NCBI GenBank assembly: GCA_030265395.1
Contig: JARFYF010000062.1
Location: forward strand, 16,083,398 to 16,147,397
Origin: Rhina ancylostomus
Taxonomy: Eukaryota
Direction of reading: 5' to 3'
DNA: 64,000 bases
Shown here: positions 25,975-39,988 of the stretch, in pieces
How the letters are laid out: the number at the start of each line of letters is the position of its first letter
Position numbering within the stretch: the first letter of the stretch is position 1
Position numbers and translations under genes: made by a program
Notes under the pieces: model-generated
The model's input: only the letters and a program-made list of their open reading frames with translations
The model's database searches: none
What the model was told of the DNA's origin: nothing

Positions 25975-26185
25975 TTAGATAGTCCCTTTGGATTGTGGAG
26001 AAACCAAATGCAAATTAGGTGACCAGTTTGCAGAGCCTGTGTGTTCAGTCCACAGAGGACATCCTGAGTCTCTGTTCCCTGCCACTTTAATTCTCCACCC
26101 CATTCCCACTCTGACGGATCTATTTGTGGGTTCCTGCACTGTTACAACAAGGCCCAAATGCAAGATTGAAGAATTGCACATCATT
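25975..26185 (+). mobile_element. Penelope-like element GIY-YIG endonuclease fragment
   Basis: CGETKCKLGDQFAE...KIEELHII resembles Penelope YIGETKRRLGDRFAEH...KLEEQHLI. Confidence 0.75.
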
Positions 26186-26469
26186 TGGCTAACACGAGGG
26201 GACATAATTTTAAAGTGACTGGAGGAAGGTACGAGGGGAAGTCGGGTAAGTTTTTTTTACACAGAGCATGGTGGGTGCGTGGAACGCACTACCTGCAGAG
26301 GTTGTGGGGGCAGATACACTAGGGACATTTGAGACTCTTAGAAAGACACATGAATGATGGAAAAATAGGGGCCTATGTGGGAGGGAAGGGTTAGATAGAT
26401 CTTAGAGCAGAATAAAATGTCAGCACAACATTGTGGGCTGAAGGGCCTGTACTGTGCTGTAGTGTTCTA
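26186..26469 (+). mobile_element. CR1 3' end
   Basis: Similar to 3598-3860; ends gggcctgtactgtgctgtagtgttcta. Confidence 0.88.
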
Positions 26470-27756
26470 TCAGCTCAGCAAATCCAAGATGCATTTACTT
26501 GATCCAAGATGACTTCTATATCTTTCCATAATGGGGTGTCTCAAATGACACATGTTAATCCAACTGTAGTCCAAGCAGGTCTGAACATACTGGCATATCC
26601 ACAGTTGATGCAATTCCCATGGTGCAGAAATTCTGGAAATCATGGCACATGTGACTAATGCCAAAATGCACACTATGCCATCATTTGTAAGAAGTAAATG
26701 TAATGTCACTGGGACTGAGTAAGAAGCACTCAGGTCCCTAGGAAGGTTCAGAGGAGGAAAGATACCCTATATATGAAATAAAGGAAAGGGGCTCATCTTC
26801 CCATTTTCTTGCCCTACTTTTCTACAACAGCCAGTACTGTTTGCCTGGCTTTCTGTTCTCCCTTTCAAAATCTAGATAAATAGGAGTTCGTGGAAAAATT
26901 ATAATGACCAAACATGGCCTTGTCCTAGTCACTCAAATAGTAAATGTCTAGTAAGGCTGAGAAGCACAAGCCTTATTCTTTTAAGGTAAAATCCTGAGAG
27001 AGACGTCCTTCAAGTGTTGGTGAATTCTCAAGAAAGTGTCTCAAAAAATTTAAGTTTGTGGGTCAACATTAAAAGATGATAGATCTTTAAGAGCATAAGA
27101 ATGTAAGAAACCATATGTTTCTACTCCAACATCCAACAAATCCATACCAATGACCCGGAACTGATGGTAGCTATTAGAACAAGAGCCAGCCAGCAAGATG
27201 TCAAGTGATTTTTGTTAAGAGACCTAACAGACATTTTAAATGGTAATCAACCTGCTGACAAGCCCAAGGTAAAGGCTATAGTAGGCACTTCCAGTCCTTT
27301 ACCAAGAATGCATGTTGCACTATATACCAGTTAAACCATTGTTTCAGTTCTTCATTGCCTAAATTAACTGTGGAATAACACTCCATTGGCACTTAGTGGA
27401 CTTGAAATATGATAATGGGTATATCTATGCTTTATTGCTACACATGTATGGTGGGGTCAGTGCTTAATATGTGCAGAATGTAGATATTTTTATTACTTGA
27501 ATGGGCATTGCTTAAAACAATCATAATATGTCAATTCTCTCAGCCCCACAGCATGTAGATCCAGAACATTACATTGATGCTATTGGTTACTTCCTGTCTT
27601 GCTGGACATTAGCAATCCCCTAAATTTAAAAATAAGGAACTTTCTCTTTTGCATCCAACAATATAACTAGCCTATAACATATAACTTGCCCATAACATGG
27701 TTAAGAGGCAGCATAGGTGTGAGGCCTTATTTACATAGCCATTCATTCCCTTTCAG

Positions 27757-27935
27757 TTAACGCAAGGGATAACAACCGGCATCCCATTAAATGCAGTTGC
27801 ATTCCAAAATCTCCACCCATTTGTGGCTATTATGTTTCCTCTATATATGAAAAAGGCATAGGAACACAATACACATGGTCTGATATCAGTGAAAAGGGCG
27901 AGGCCAGATATGAAGAACATAGGAACAAACTGTGA
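27757..27935 (+). other. Possible terminal coding exon (unidentified)
   Basis: Acceptor cattccctttcAG; 58 open codons NARDNNRHPIKCSCIPKSPPICGYYVSSIYEKGIGTQYTWSDISEKGEARYEEHRNKL*; AATAAA at 28182-28187 in repeat-poor AT-rich sequence. Confidence 0.25.
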
Positions 27936-30597
27936 TCTTGAATCATTTTCCATTTGATTGGGAAATTGGTCTAACCAAATATACAGTTTCCTTTTAAGCT
28001 ATTGTGTCACTAATTGCTATCTTCAAAGTAACAGTCTAAGTGATTATTGTAATTTTCTGAATATCTTAATTTTTAGAATCAAGATTAGTTTTGTATTTCA
28101 GCTGCACTAACAACCTGTTTTTTTCATAATTTCTCTGTAGCATATTCTTTAAGGCATAACATGTTTGTGTACCTTAAGTACAATAAAACTAGTGAAAAGG
28201 TATTTTTGGAAAATAACTAACAATATAGATGGTGCAATAGGCTATGACTAAGGAATTCTCCATCTTTCCCTTTTGGACATTTTCAGAATGGATACATGAT
28301 TTTCCTTGTGGGATAAATGTAATGCAAGGAAGGATACATGGTTACTAATTGGAGTGATTTTTCTTAGGTTTTTGTTGCATTGAATATCCTCCAAGTTTTT
28401 ACTTTTGGTACTATAGCATCTGTTACTTCAGGAACTATAAGCATCTTTTTACTTCTCATTTATATGGGTTTATCTTTAAAAGCAAGAGGATTCCTGAGCC
28501 CTATGCACTATAAATGCTTTACATTTGGATTTTCCATAAAGCTAACCTTGTTTGTCAGCATCATTCAATAAGATTTATCATTTTTGGAAATCAATTTTGA
28601 ATCTGACCTTAGGTGATAGTGTAGTGCTGTATATTAAAATGTGTAAGTTATTACTGAGCATGAATTAAACACTTACAAATATACTTGGCCATGCACTGTG
28701 TCACATTATTCAGCTGTAGAATTCATCACAATTAAAAATATAAACTGTTATCTTTGAATATATTTTCATCTATTATACCTGCTTACAGGTGCCATTTGAA
28801 TGCATTTTTGAGGGCCCAGGCACTGCATGTTTTTGAAATCAGAGTCATCAACACATTAGAATATTTTGGTTTGTTCAAAAATCATATGAGCAATTCCCAG
28901 CTTTACAAAACAGATTCCTTTAATGTTGGCAATATTTTCAGGCCACAGTGGGGGGAAAAGTGCGAAATAACTCAATACCAAAATGCAGATTTTTGAATCT
29001 TCAATATCTGAAAAGTTAAGCAATTAATTGCAGCCAAAGGAAATATGCTTCTACTATATGACATTTGGTAGGTCATTGTTCACGTTGCTGCTTTCATCCC
29101 ACTGAAGAGATCTAATGCATTAAATCAGGGCTTTTGTTTTATACCTGAAGGGCAATAAGTCATCAGAAAATGCACTGAAGCAGACTATGAGAAGAAATTT
29201 GAGAGGCAACAACATGATGGAAAGAAAGGAGGGGTGGTTTGTGGAATATTTATTAAAATGCAATCAGCTTGCCTTTTTAAAAAAAATCATGTTGATGTCC
29301 TTACTGTATCAAACAATATCAGTGCTGACATTTACATCAGAAAGACCAAAATAAACTTGCATTAACAAAAAACTTGATTTTTCGTGTCATTAAATTTTTT
29401 CAAGTCAGTGCATTTGATAGCATTCGCCTGTGAGGTTAATATAACTTCCCCAGGCTCTAATGTTAGCTAAAGGGACATACTGTGGTTCAAATCCTCGTAA
29501 TGTTCTTGTGAAATTCACCCTCTGTCATTTTGGCAGAGGCATGAACTTGTATACATTATATGACTTTTTTGTATGTGTTATTCTTCAGGTATTAATATGC
29601 AAAAAGTTTAAAATGAAATATTTCATGATATAATACCTGCATTAAGAAAATGCTGAATATTGGAAAAAAATAGACATTTTCTCAGAAATTTGAGTGCACC
29701 CTTGCAGTGTATCAGGTAGATGGAACTGTAGGGTGGAAAGAATATTTTGTTCATTCCCTGAACTTAAAAATTAATTTGCTTTTGATTCCCACAGTCATTT
29801 GGTACTGGATGCAAGTAGGCAACGACAGGCCCAATTAACCCAATGTTGTGGCTCAGGTTGGACAGGGAGGGAGCCTCAGACTGGGTGCAGTGGGTAATCA
29901 TCAATTGTGGCAAGCATTGTTACAAGGGGGATTTGCAGACCGGGACCTGAATAGTTCTTTTAAGTGGATGGATTGGGGATTAGGAGCAACATTTGGTTAG
30001 TTATGTCAGGGTGTGAGGGATTTGGATTTTCATTTCGGGAGTACTTGTCAGGCAGGTGCATCAGTCTGGAGCTGTGCTAATAAGACCAAGTTGTCCTGGG
30101 AGGACCCAAGATTGGATACCCTCTGAACAATGTCAATCTAAGTTCCTGTGCAGTGCTCCAAATGATGTATTGCACTGAGAATTACATCATGCCCTGCACC
30201 CATGACACGGAGTTTGTATCAGAATGCAAGAATGACTCAGCAGGAATTTCCTAGTCAAGTTTTCAGAGAGGGGTGAGATGTCCAAGAAATGGTGGTTTTC
30301 AGTTTCACTCCAGAAAAACAAAATGAGTTTCAGTTACAAAATGCTGAAAAGAAACATGTTATGTTTGAATTTCTAGCAAATCATGTTTTTGACAATAGGA
30401 TCCATCAGCTTTAAAAAATCCATTTGTTCCACATCATTACTGCTAAAAGCTTGCAAAGCAATCACTTCATTAAAATAGTAAAAACGTACAGCAGGCCTAA
30501 CAGCATCTGAACAATTATCTAACATTAACTTTTTCTGAGGACTTTTACTGTCACATTGACAATCTGCACAGTTACGTTTTACCCTCTCATGAAAGTG

Positions 30598-30680
30598 CAG
30601 GTCGTCCCTGGGTTATGAACAGGGTCCACTTTTACAGACATCCATAAGTCAATTTTGTTCATGAGTCTGAAAATATGGTA
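30598..30680 (+). mobile_element. Possible Tc1/mariner (Tigger-like) terminal remnant
   Basis: caggtcgtccctgggttatgaac resembles Tigger/pogo-type TIRs; no partner TIR found. Confidence 0.3.
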
Positions 30681-31911
30681 ACCAGATCTCCACAGTATAG
30701 TAAAGAATGGTGTTGATGAGGGCCAGTTAATATGAACATTATTTATTGTCTTCCCCTGCCAAGTTACAGAATCAAAACGTCCCACACTCAATAGCTGGTT
30801 TCAATGGACTGGAAGTATCAGTGGCTGTTACATTGTTTGATAGAACATTGTTGCACATGTATCAATAGAAGCAATTGCTTGTCAATTTCTAAAGCAACTC
30901 TCTTTAAGTAGCCTCCTACGGTGAAACTGGCGGCCTGTGTTCTGAAGAGACAATGCTGTCTGATTACTACAGGGAGATAACGTGTAAGCAATTTTAATTC
31001 AAGACTGATTCTTGTTTGAATTAAATAATATTTATGGGAGCATGTTCATATGTATGAGATGTCCAGAAGTTGGGTGTTTGTCATTCGGGGAGGGCCTGTA
31101 TACTTAGAGCACATATGTAGAACTCCTTTTGATTCTGCAGATTTCTGGAGATTCTTCCAAGTGATGTGTGATGGAATTGACAATGAAAGTCCAGTTCCAT
31201 TACTCTGCGGTAAAGTAAATTATACTCCCTCAATATTTTTTAATCAAGATCAGCAGGAAGATAAATTTTCAAAGATAAGTTTTCAAAGACTTATCTTTTG
31301 TGCTTTTTAAAATCAAAACTCAATCTTTAGGCAGCAGAATAATTAATGTTTTAGAAAATGACAAACCTTTTTGCCATTAGACATGCAATGTATATAACAT
31401 GGCTTGCAAGTGTACATTCCTCTTCAGCTGACAGGACATATTTGGTTTAGACATGTACTCATGCAGATTTCTGAGTCAAAGTGTAGAGCTTTGCTCTGGT
31501 TTTTCCTGAATGCTGAGGTGCTTTAATACTACAGGATGTGTTATTTTGTTCAGAAGGTTTTCCATCTGAAAGCCAAGATGATTAGTATGTTTGCCTTCAT
31601 GTCAAGTGATGGTCCCTGTAGAAGATGCAGCTCAGGATCAAGTAAGTTCCTGCTCCTTGGCAGAAATCATAAACAAAGGATGGGTGCCGGGTGACGGGGT
31701 GGAGTGCAGTTTTGAGGCATGTGAATAGCAATCAGTGTGATCAAGGAGATTGAGGGGAGTTGCTGGCACAATTATGACTCCGCTGCTATGTAACAAATAG
31801 TCAAAGAGCAGNNNNNNNNNNNNNNNNNNNNNNNNNNNNNNNNNNNNNNNNNNNNNNNNNNNNNNNNNNNNNNNNNNNNNNNNNNNNNNNNNNNNNNNNN
31901 NNNNNNNNNNN

Positions 31912-32007
31912 CTGTGTTTGTCCTGAGGAAGTATCCTGACTCCAGTCTTGTATCAGTGTGCCGCATTTGTGTTCTCTGTGAGTTTGCTCTGGATCAACAT
32001 TGTGACA
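31912..32007 (+). mobile_element. 3' part of Gypsy-type LTR (rest in gap)
   Basis: Nearly identical to the last ~95 nt of 24047-24447, ending ggatcaacattgtgaca. Confidence 0.9.
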
Positions 32008-32100
32008 GGGAGAACGTACAAACTCCTTACAGGCAGTGGCGGAAATCGAACTCTGGCGCTGTAATACGGTTGAGCTAACCACTACGCTACCGTGCCGCCC
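32008..32100 (-). mobile_element. tRNA-derived head of a V-SINE, truncated by the LTR
   Basis: Reverse complement gggcggcacggtagcgtagtggttagc...gttcgatttcc...ggagtttgtacgttctccc contains A and B boxes. Confidence 0.85.
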
Positions 32101-35100
32101 CATCTCATTGAAACACTGAAAATGCTGATGCAGAGCTTGACAGGGTAGATACCGGGAAGATATTTCCAATTTCTGGTTTGCCAAGAACCAGGATCAATCA
32201 ACTGCGTGTTAAAGAGCTCATTGGTGCTGGTTGGGGGCAAACAAATGGGTAGTTACTCCTGGTGTCATGGTGTGTATTGCTGATTCGTTAAAGGAGCAAA
32301 TAGTTATCATTTTCTTTGTGACTCTACTAAAAATATGATTATCAGGCTGTTGTTTCTGTGTGCAGGTTGACTCCCACGTAACAACAAATACGATACTTCA
32401 TAATTACCTAATTATCTGTAAAAGACTTTGGGAAAGGAAATGAATAAATTCTCCCTTTAAAGGTACGATGAAATCTTCAACAAGCAACAGACAAGATGCT
32501 GGAGGAACTCAACAGGTCAGGCAGCATCTGTGGAGGAAAATGTACAGTCTACATTTCGGCTCAAGTCTGGTAATTCCTGCTTTAACATGATGTCCAAGTT
32601 ATACTCCTTGTTGACATATCTTCATGCAGAGAGAGGTTGAATATTTGAAGTACTAAAGTGGGAGGATTGAGGAGGCTAAGTCATTGGGAGTACTTGAAGA
32701 GGAAGTAGATAACTTCGTGAACCATCAGGGAGTTGAGGGCTGTGGAAATTGGCACAAAAGTAGAGAACAGGCATGCCGCAAATTAACCATAATCAAACTG
32801 AATGAAGGGATAGGCTTGAGGCGGCTTCGTCGTCTTCTTCCTTTATGTGCTCTGAGATGAATCTGAATCTTCAGTTTTGCTTGGCGTAAATTGCGTAACT
32901 TCCAACGTACTGTACGACAGATCTCCAGTGTGACTTCCAGTGCATTCTATGTGGAGTTTGCATGTTCTCCCTGTGACTGTGCCGGTTTCCCCTGGGTGCT
33001 CTATATTTTTCCCATGTTTCAAAGATATATCAGTTGGTGAAGTAGCTGTTTTAAATTTTACGCTAGTGTGCAGAGGCGGTGTAGAATCTGGGGGAAGTTA
33101 ATGGTAATGTGCGGTGTGGGTAGTGAAGAAAATGGAATTAACGCAAGATAAATGGGTGCTTGGAGATCAACACAGACATAGTGGTACTTTGGGGCTGTTT
33201 CCATGCTTTGCAACACTATGACCCTGCTGTCATCCCAGAGAACAGCTCACCTCCACATTTAGAAGGGCAGTTTGAGGTGGTCATTGAATGTTGCCTTGAC
33301 ATTGATGTCTCCACGTCACAAAGAATATCCAGGCCTGTGCAGTACCAGCAGAGCCAACAGGCACTATTGCATTTGATGCAGAATCAACACGGAATCCAAA
33401 GTTAGACAGATGATTTTTAGTTAAATAACATCAGGCAAAAAGACAGCATGTTCCTGTCCTACTGCCAGAGCAAGTAATTCACCTGTTTTGGACAATCTCT
33501 TAAACGTCGCTCAGAACCTTGCTTCAGCTGCATGGAGAAGGAGGTGTGCAAAAGTGCTGGGCTTGCTCTGTGATCAAATGCCACTTTTTGAATAAGTCTG
33601 TGTGAGTTATCGTATAATTTTTAGTGAGCTTTCTGATGAACTTTTGAAATAGTTTAATAATCAAGATGGGAAAATCTTGTACAATTACTGTATCCCACTG
33701 TGAGATCGGTTCTAACTTCACTGGATGAAAGAAATAGATGTATGTTAAAGTACCAGTCGTGGCATGAAGACATTGCAAACCATTTGTTCAGAGGAAGCTC
33801 TCACAAACAGCTGTGTGTTATTAAGGAGGTACTCTGTTTCAGTGATGTTGGTTCAGGGATTGGTTCGGGACACAGGGAAAAATTCCTATCTACCTCTGTG
33901 ATTTTAGAACTGAAATTAAATGGCAAATGAAGCCTTAATTAAACAACTGATCTGAAAAAAGAAATGATATGAATGTGCCACCCTGGATCTTCTTTCTGAG
34001 TTGTGGGTAACAGTGCCATGGCCAAGATTTAATGAGCAGCCCTAACTGTACTCAGTAGCCTAGAACAACTGCAGCGTTTGTGTTGAAGGTGCCTTTGATA
34101 ATTCTGTTCGGTAACAAATTCCGGAATTTCGACACAGCCACAATTAAGAATAGAGTCCCATTTCATTACAGACAACAACTTGAACACAATTCTATTGGTG
34201 CCTGCTGCTTTTGTCCTTCCAGGTGGAAGAGCTGCAGGTTTTGAATGTGACATCAAACAAGCCTTGACCTGTAACTGCTTGAAATTGGTACTGACCAAAG
34301 ACATGGCCTGTCAGTGGTAAAGTGAGTGGATGGCGAGAATACCAATCATGTCGATTTTTCAGTCCAATTGTTTCAAGCTATTTGGTTGCCATGGGAGCTG
34401 TGATTATCCAGACATGGAGATTTCATGCTCAAATCTCTGCTGTGGAACTTGAACTCACAATGGTATCAGATGGAAAAGGTTGGACCAAAGGAACCACAGC
34501 TGAAGCAGATCTTCATCTACCTTTACGTTAATCACGAACAACTGTTGGAGATCAATTATTACCTTGTTTTTCCCATATCTAAAGGGCAGCAAAGGATATC
34601 CTTGATTTTCAAAACTCTCCACATGCGATTCAAATAAGTCCTGCTGGCTTCCTCGTTTGCTTTTGTGTCCATGTCTCATGATCTTATACGATAACATGAT
34701 GTACAAACGGGCTCTTGCATCAGGATGACTTCATTGTCTGAAGACAATAACTGTTAAAGCTGGTCATCAGCATCACGTTACAATAATACCTTGTCAAGAC
34801 TTTCTCCACACTTGACGTGACACTAATTATATGACTGCACTTTGGTTTAATTCAGAGATAACCAAAAATACATATCTACTTTTATTGTTTCACTGATCAT
34901 TTAATTATCATAATGTCTCATCCTAAACTTTATGTGTTGTCTCTCAATGGGCCAAATCTCTGAAAGGAAAAGCTGACTTTTACAAGCCCTGCTGTTGGAT
35001 ATGAGCACGTGATTCAACATAAAATCTAACTGCAGTATAAAAGGAGTGCCCCACTGCCTGAAGTAGTTCAAACCATCGATAAGTTAAGTTGATTCCTCAG

Positions 35101-37842
35101 CTATTCTTTGTGAACAAAGTAAAAATCGTCAGAACTGTTGAAGGAAGGACTTCAAGCTCCCTCCCTCAATCATATCACTCCAGGCCGGCATGGAGCAAAT
35201 GACCTCCTTCTCTAGTGAAATATTGTTATCATTTAATGAACATCATTAACAGAATATCTGATCAATATTTGCCATTTTAATAAATTTCTCTATGACAATT
35301 AATCAGAACTGAATGCAGTTCAAGGGTTGGAAGTGCTTCTGCACATCGTGAGGATGGTAAACTGGAACATTAACGACATTTATTTCTCAACAAATCTGTT
35401 GAATATCTCCAGTACTGTCTGTTTTTATTTACTCTTATCTCTGCTTTTAGCTCTGTGGTGCCCGATTCCACAGAGGTTTTCTCAATTCTGGAGACAAGTG
35501 CTCCTGGTAAATTACAAACTGTGAGCAGGTTAGTGACTCTGTTCATGAGTTCAGGAGACTTGTCACTTGGATGACTGATTGATTGGGCAGTCATTAGTGG
35601 ATTGGATTTGTCTTGCTCTTTCAGGACGGAACATACCTGGGTCATATCCCATGTCACCAGGTTGCAACTGCACTGGAACTGAGGCACAGCTGACTCCGAG
35701 GCCAAGGTTTACTATGCTTCATCCAAGATCTGTCTAATTCCTTCACCTTTGATGTAACCAGTGCTGTCGGCAATTCTTGATATCACATGTGAATTGTATT
35801 ATATGGCGGAATCCACTCAGTAGTTTGGACTGAACAAAGTTGCAAATGCCTCACTCTTGTACTTTGTAACTTTTCCTTCCGTTCGGCCATCATTAGGGTG
35901 GGTTTGCTCTTGGAGTCTCCTCTTCCTCTTCCCGTTGGCTCGTTAAATATCCACCACCATTCACAACCACATGTGACATAGCTGCAGTGTTTTCATCTGA
36001 CCTATTAGATGTACAATTGTTTAGCTCTGTCCATTGGAAGCTGTTCTTGCTGTTATGTATACTTGTGGCCTTGATTAGGGATGTATGCCTTGCGCTTCTC
36101 CCAGCGTGAACTTCTGTATTTCATGTTGGACCAGGGTTAATCTGGCTTGACAGTACTAGTGTGGGCCGGAATTGGTATGGTAAGAGGTCATGGATTGCAG
36201 GGGACAACATACTGCTGCCGTTTGGGGTCAACAGTACTTCATGGATGCTCATATTTCAGCTGCCAGATCTGTTCTGGGCATATTCGATTTTGCACATTTT
36301 AATGTTGCACAATGAGATGGAAGAAGTCCTCAGTGTAAGGACAGGGGTTTACAGTGTGTGGGACAATCACAGTGGCTGCCTCTCAGTTCTTGTGGCTCCA
36401 GTTTTATTGTAACCTCTGGTACTTTCTGTGTGGAGTTTGCATGTTCTCCCTGTGACTATTGTGGTTTTCCCCCACATCCCAAAGACATGTCGGGTGGTAA
36501 GCTTTCATGGAATGCATGAAGGATAAAGTAAAACAATAGGATTAGTATGAATGGGTGCTTGGTGTTTGCTGCAGACTCAGTTGCCTGAACGGGCAATTTC
36601 TGTGCCCTATGACTCTGAAACACAATAGATGTAAGGACTTTATTCACACAAGGACTGTGTGATGATCAGTCCTATCAATGCTGCCAAGACCCTGATTTTG
36701 ATGCCGATGCATCTGTGGCAGGATAACTCCAGGAATTGTGATGGAAAAGGCTGGCTCGTTGTCCGTCGAGTATGAACATGTAAAGTTGACAGCTCTTCCA
36801 ATTGGGAAACTGTTCCTCCGATGGCCCACTCTTTTCTCTCAGCTGACGAGTCTGTGACCTCCACGTTAATAACTCTGGGAAGAAACAATGGAAGTCGCAA
36901 GGGCCCAGAATGTCTCTGGGTGAGGGATCTCAGTGTCCACAACCAGCAGTGTGTTGGCAGCCCGGATGGCTCCGTTCCTATTAGCACAGCAGCCACACTT
37001 ACTCTGAGGCAGGTAATAAGTAAATGTCATCACCACATCCGAACTCAGGAACTTGGTCAATATAAAACAATCTTTTTGGTTTAAACTTTTATATTATAAG
37101 TTTGCAGTTCGATGTAACTGCGGCTTATTAACCCCTTTCAGAGAACAGTTAAGAGGCGACCACATAACTGTTGCTGCTTCCATCAACCTGCTTGATCAGA
37201 TTCCAAGGACATCTCGAATAATCTTCTGACGTCATGTTGTGGCGCACTATGCAAGGAAGACGTTGACACTCATTGCCACAGTGTGCTATGATATTTTCAG
37301 AGGACAATACTGAATTCAATTACAAAATCAGCAGAGGCACTCTTCTCTGCTCTCTCTGCACGTGACGGTTTTTTCGACAAAGGCCCTTTGGCACCTGGAG
37401 AAACAAAATAATGTGACACTGCTTTTCCTCCCTTTGCAACCATAGCATTTCCAACAGACAGTGAAAGAAGATGGTTATGAAGCAACACATTAAATGCTCA
37501 GGGTTGTGAAAATACCATCTGATGAATCACAGAGGCAACAGTTGGAGCACCGATACTTAAATCATATGGTTGGCATTAGGAAACAGGGAGGAGGGTTCTG
37601 GGGGATTTCCCATTGTGGAACGATGATGAATGTGAAGACATAAATCACTTCAATCTGAATGAACGTCTGTGAAATAAAAAAAATAACAATTATATCTTGA
37701 TTTGCGTCCGACAGCATGGGAGGAGTCCACACCGGACGACTCTCAGCCATATGAAATATTAATGTTGCGTATGTTTGTTTGGAACTTTGATTTTGTTACT
37801 CTTGGCAAACGATAAATAATGATGGACTTATCTCCATGTCTA
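32101..37842 (+). repeat. Segmental duplication block A, copy 2
   Basis: Collinear with 19535-24046; extra segment at ~36216-37495. Confidence 0.96.
33483..33720 (-). pseudogene. Candidate pseudo-exon, copy 2
   Basis: Same splice sites as 20925-21160; 238 nt versus 236 nt because a 2-nt insertion frameshifts an otherwise open frame. Confidence 0.42.
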
Positions 37843-38930
37843 ACCTTTAATTAAAGCAGGCCAAAAGATGGAGCTTCAGAAAATTCCCCACATTTCTGTG
37901 GTGAGTGCATGTCATCTGTATTTTATTAGAGGATGCAACTTTGGGAAGAAGTAAAAACACTGGCACACTGGTAATTATTCAGAATACGTCACAGCAAGCA
38001 GCGATTTATTCATCTTCTGGTCATGAGATGAAAGGTTTGAGCTCTTCCTTACTGTCGCAAAAGCCTCGAACCAATTGAATATAGAACACACATGAATGTC
38101 ACCAGAACACTTTGAATTGTATACTTTGTGGTGGTCTCAACATTTAGTTCACAGCTCTGCAGGAATTAATTGTTTTGTGCTGATCTCCGGACCCTGCTCA
38201 AGGAAGATTAGATCCCTTAAAAGAACTCGGTGCCCGTGGCTGCCAGGGTTAAATCTCAAACTTGTTACCCTCTCTCCAGACTTCAGTGTTTGCCGCTGTG
38301 TTGCTCCCCAGTACCTGTACAACCAGTGCAGGTGGTCGGATATTTTTTTTTAATCTCTGGAAGCCTGGGTGACATTTCAAGCTGTGTGCAGAATAACACC
38401 AGGGTTGGAAGCAGATTAAGTTGTATCGGGAATGAAGGCCATCAAAGAAACAGCATGCTCTGCAGGAGGAGTGGACGACAGAAATGATATGTGCACGGAT
38501 GAAGTCTGAAGAACAGAAGAAATGTGAATACCAGGCGGATTCTGACAGTGTGAAGGAAACCATGAACAAGGAACAGTAAGATTCTGAGATTACCGGTAAT
38601 TATTGTATGCCGTAGATTGTATGAAAGTAGGAAACAGAAACTGCGCAGGTCACTGAATCAACATTGCATCCTCCCACCACCTTTGCTTCACTTTAAAACA
38701 AAAACATTTGCAAGCATAACTTGGATGTCCAATGGTTAACTTGTAGTGCGGTACACTCATTGCACCTCATGCCCTTCAACCTCCATGGCCAAGCACAACT
38801 CCAATTCTCACCTACCTGATGACATACATTGTTTTACACCTTATATCTAATTATTCGTAAATCGGAAGGTCGAGTAACAATCTGATGATTTGAACAACGA
38901 ATTATTTTTCACTCAATGAAGTTGAAAAAT

Positions 38931-39190
38931 TGTGTGGCACGTTAACATAGCGGTTAGCGCAAGGCTATTACGCCGCCAGCGATCGGGGTTCGATTGCCGT
39001 CGCTGTTTGCAAGGAGTTTGAACGTTCTCTCATGTCTGCATTGGTTTCCTTCGGGTGCTCCGGTTTCCTCCCACATTCTAAAAACGTACAGGTAGGTTAA
39101 TTTGGGGTTTAAAATGGCCGGCGTGGACTTATTGGGCAGGAAGGGCCTATCACCACGCTGTAAATAAAATTTAAATATAAATATAAATTT
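38931..39190 (+). mobile_element. Full-length V-SINE with target-site duplication
   Basis: A box tagcggttagcg, B box ggttcgattgcc, V domain, AT-rich tail; TSD aagttgaaaaa (38919-38929) / aagttaaaaaa (39191-39201); empty site in paralog at ~43891. Confidence 0.92.
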
Positions 39191-39988
39191 AAGTTAAAAA
39201 AATACCCAACCTTCCCACCAGTATTCATTCCCTAATTTGACTATTCTGCAGCCTTCTTTCAAAATCCATGATTTGCTGCCATGTTCCACGATCTCTGAGC
39301 TGCACAATGCAGTTCACAGCCAGGAAAATACTTAAAATAAAGAAACACTGTTTTGTAACAGTCCCGTGGAACTTTTCTATTAAAAAATAATCAAATATAA
39401 TGAGCAACGGAGAATGCAAAGGTAACCAGCATGGCTGGTATATTCTGTATTTAGGAATGACACGGGAATTAGTTTTGGAGTGCAGAATTATCTATTATGG
39501 TTCAAATATCAGAAAAAAAAGTGTTCTGTCCAAATGGCATTAGATTTAAACAGATGCCAACATTTGTCTCAGGCACATTACTTCAAAAGAATATAAGTTT
39601 CCTGAATTGGGACTACTGAATCATTATTAAGTCACCACAACATTTACCCACTCAACTGATGTGTAAAACAAGTTCTTTTCAACCAATACAACACTCCACG
39701 TTTTAGCTTGTGTAATAAAAGTTCTTGGGATTAACAGAATTAAAAAGAGAATGGAAAATGTTGGCAGAACCTCAGGTAAACCCAGAATACCAAATAGTTA
39801 ACTCAGTATAAAGGCCACAATACACAGTCCTGTCTACTTAAGCGAATGGCCCACATGTATATCAGAACATGTGGGTAATTCTCGTCCAGACTATTAATTT
39901 TACATTCTTCAGTTGTGCACTTAATACCCCAGAGAAGGTTGACCGAGGCACATAATGTGCAATAACAGTTTTCTGGAAGGCAGGAAAG

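Noticed and set aside
34560-34610. YPLLPFRYGK resembling an RFamide/RYamide neuropeptide
   Set aside because: No signal peptide or repeated peptide units; the paralog has a stop in this frame; frame unsupported.
38931-39005. tRNA-like A/B boxes as a tRNA gene
   Set aside because: They continue into a V-SINE body with tail and TSD.
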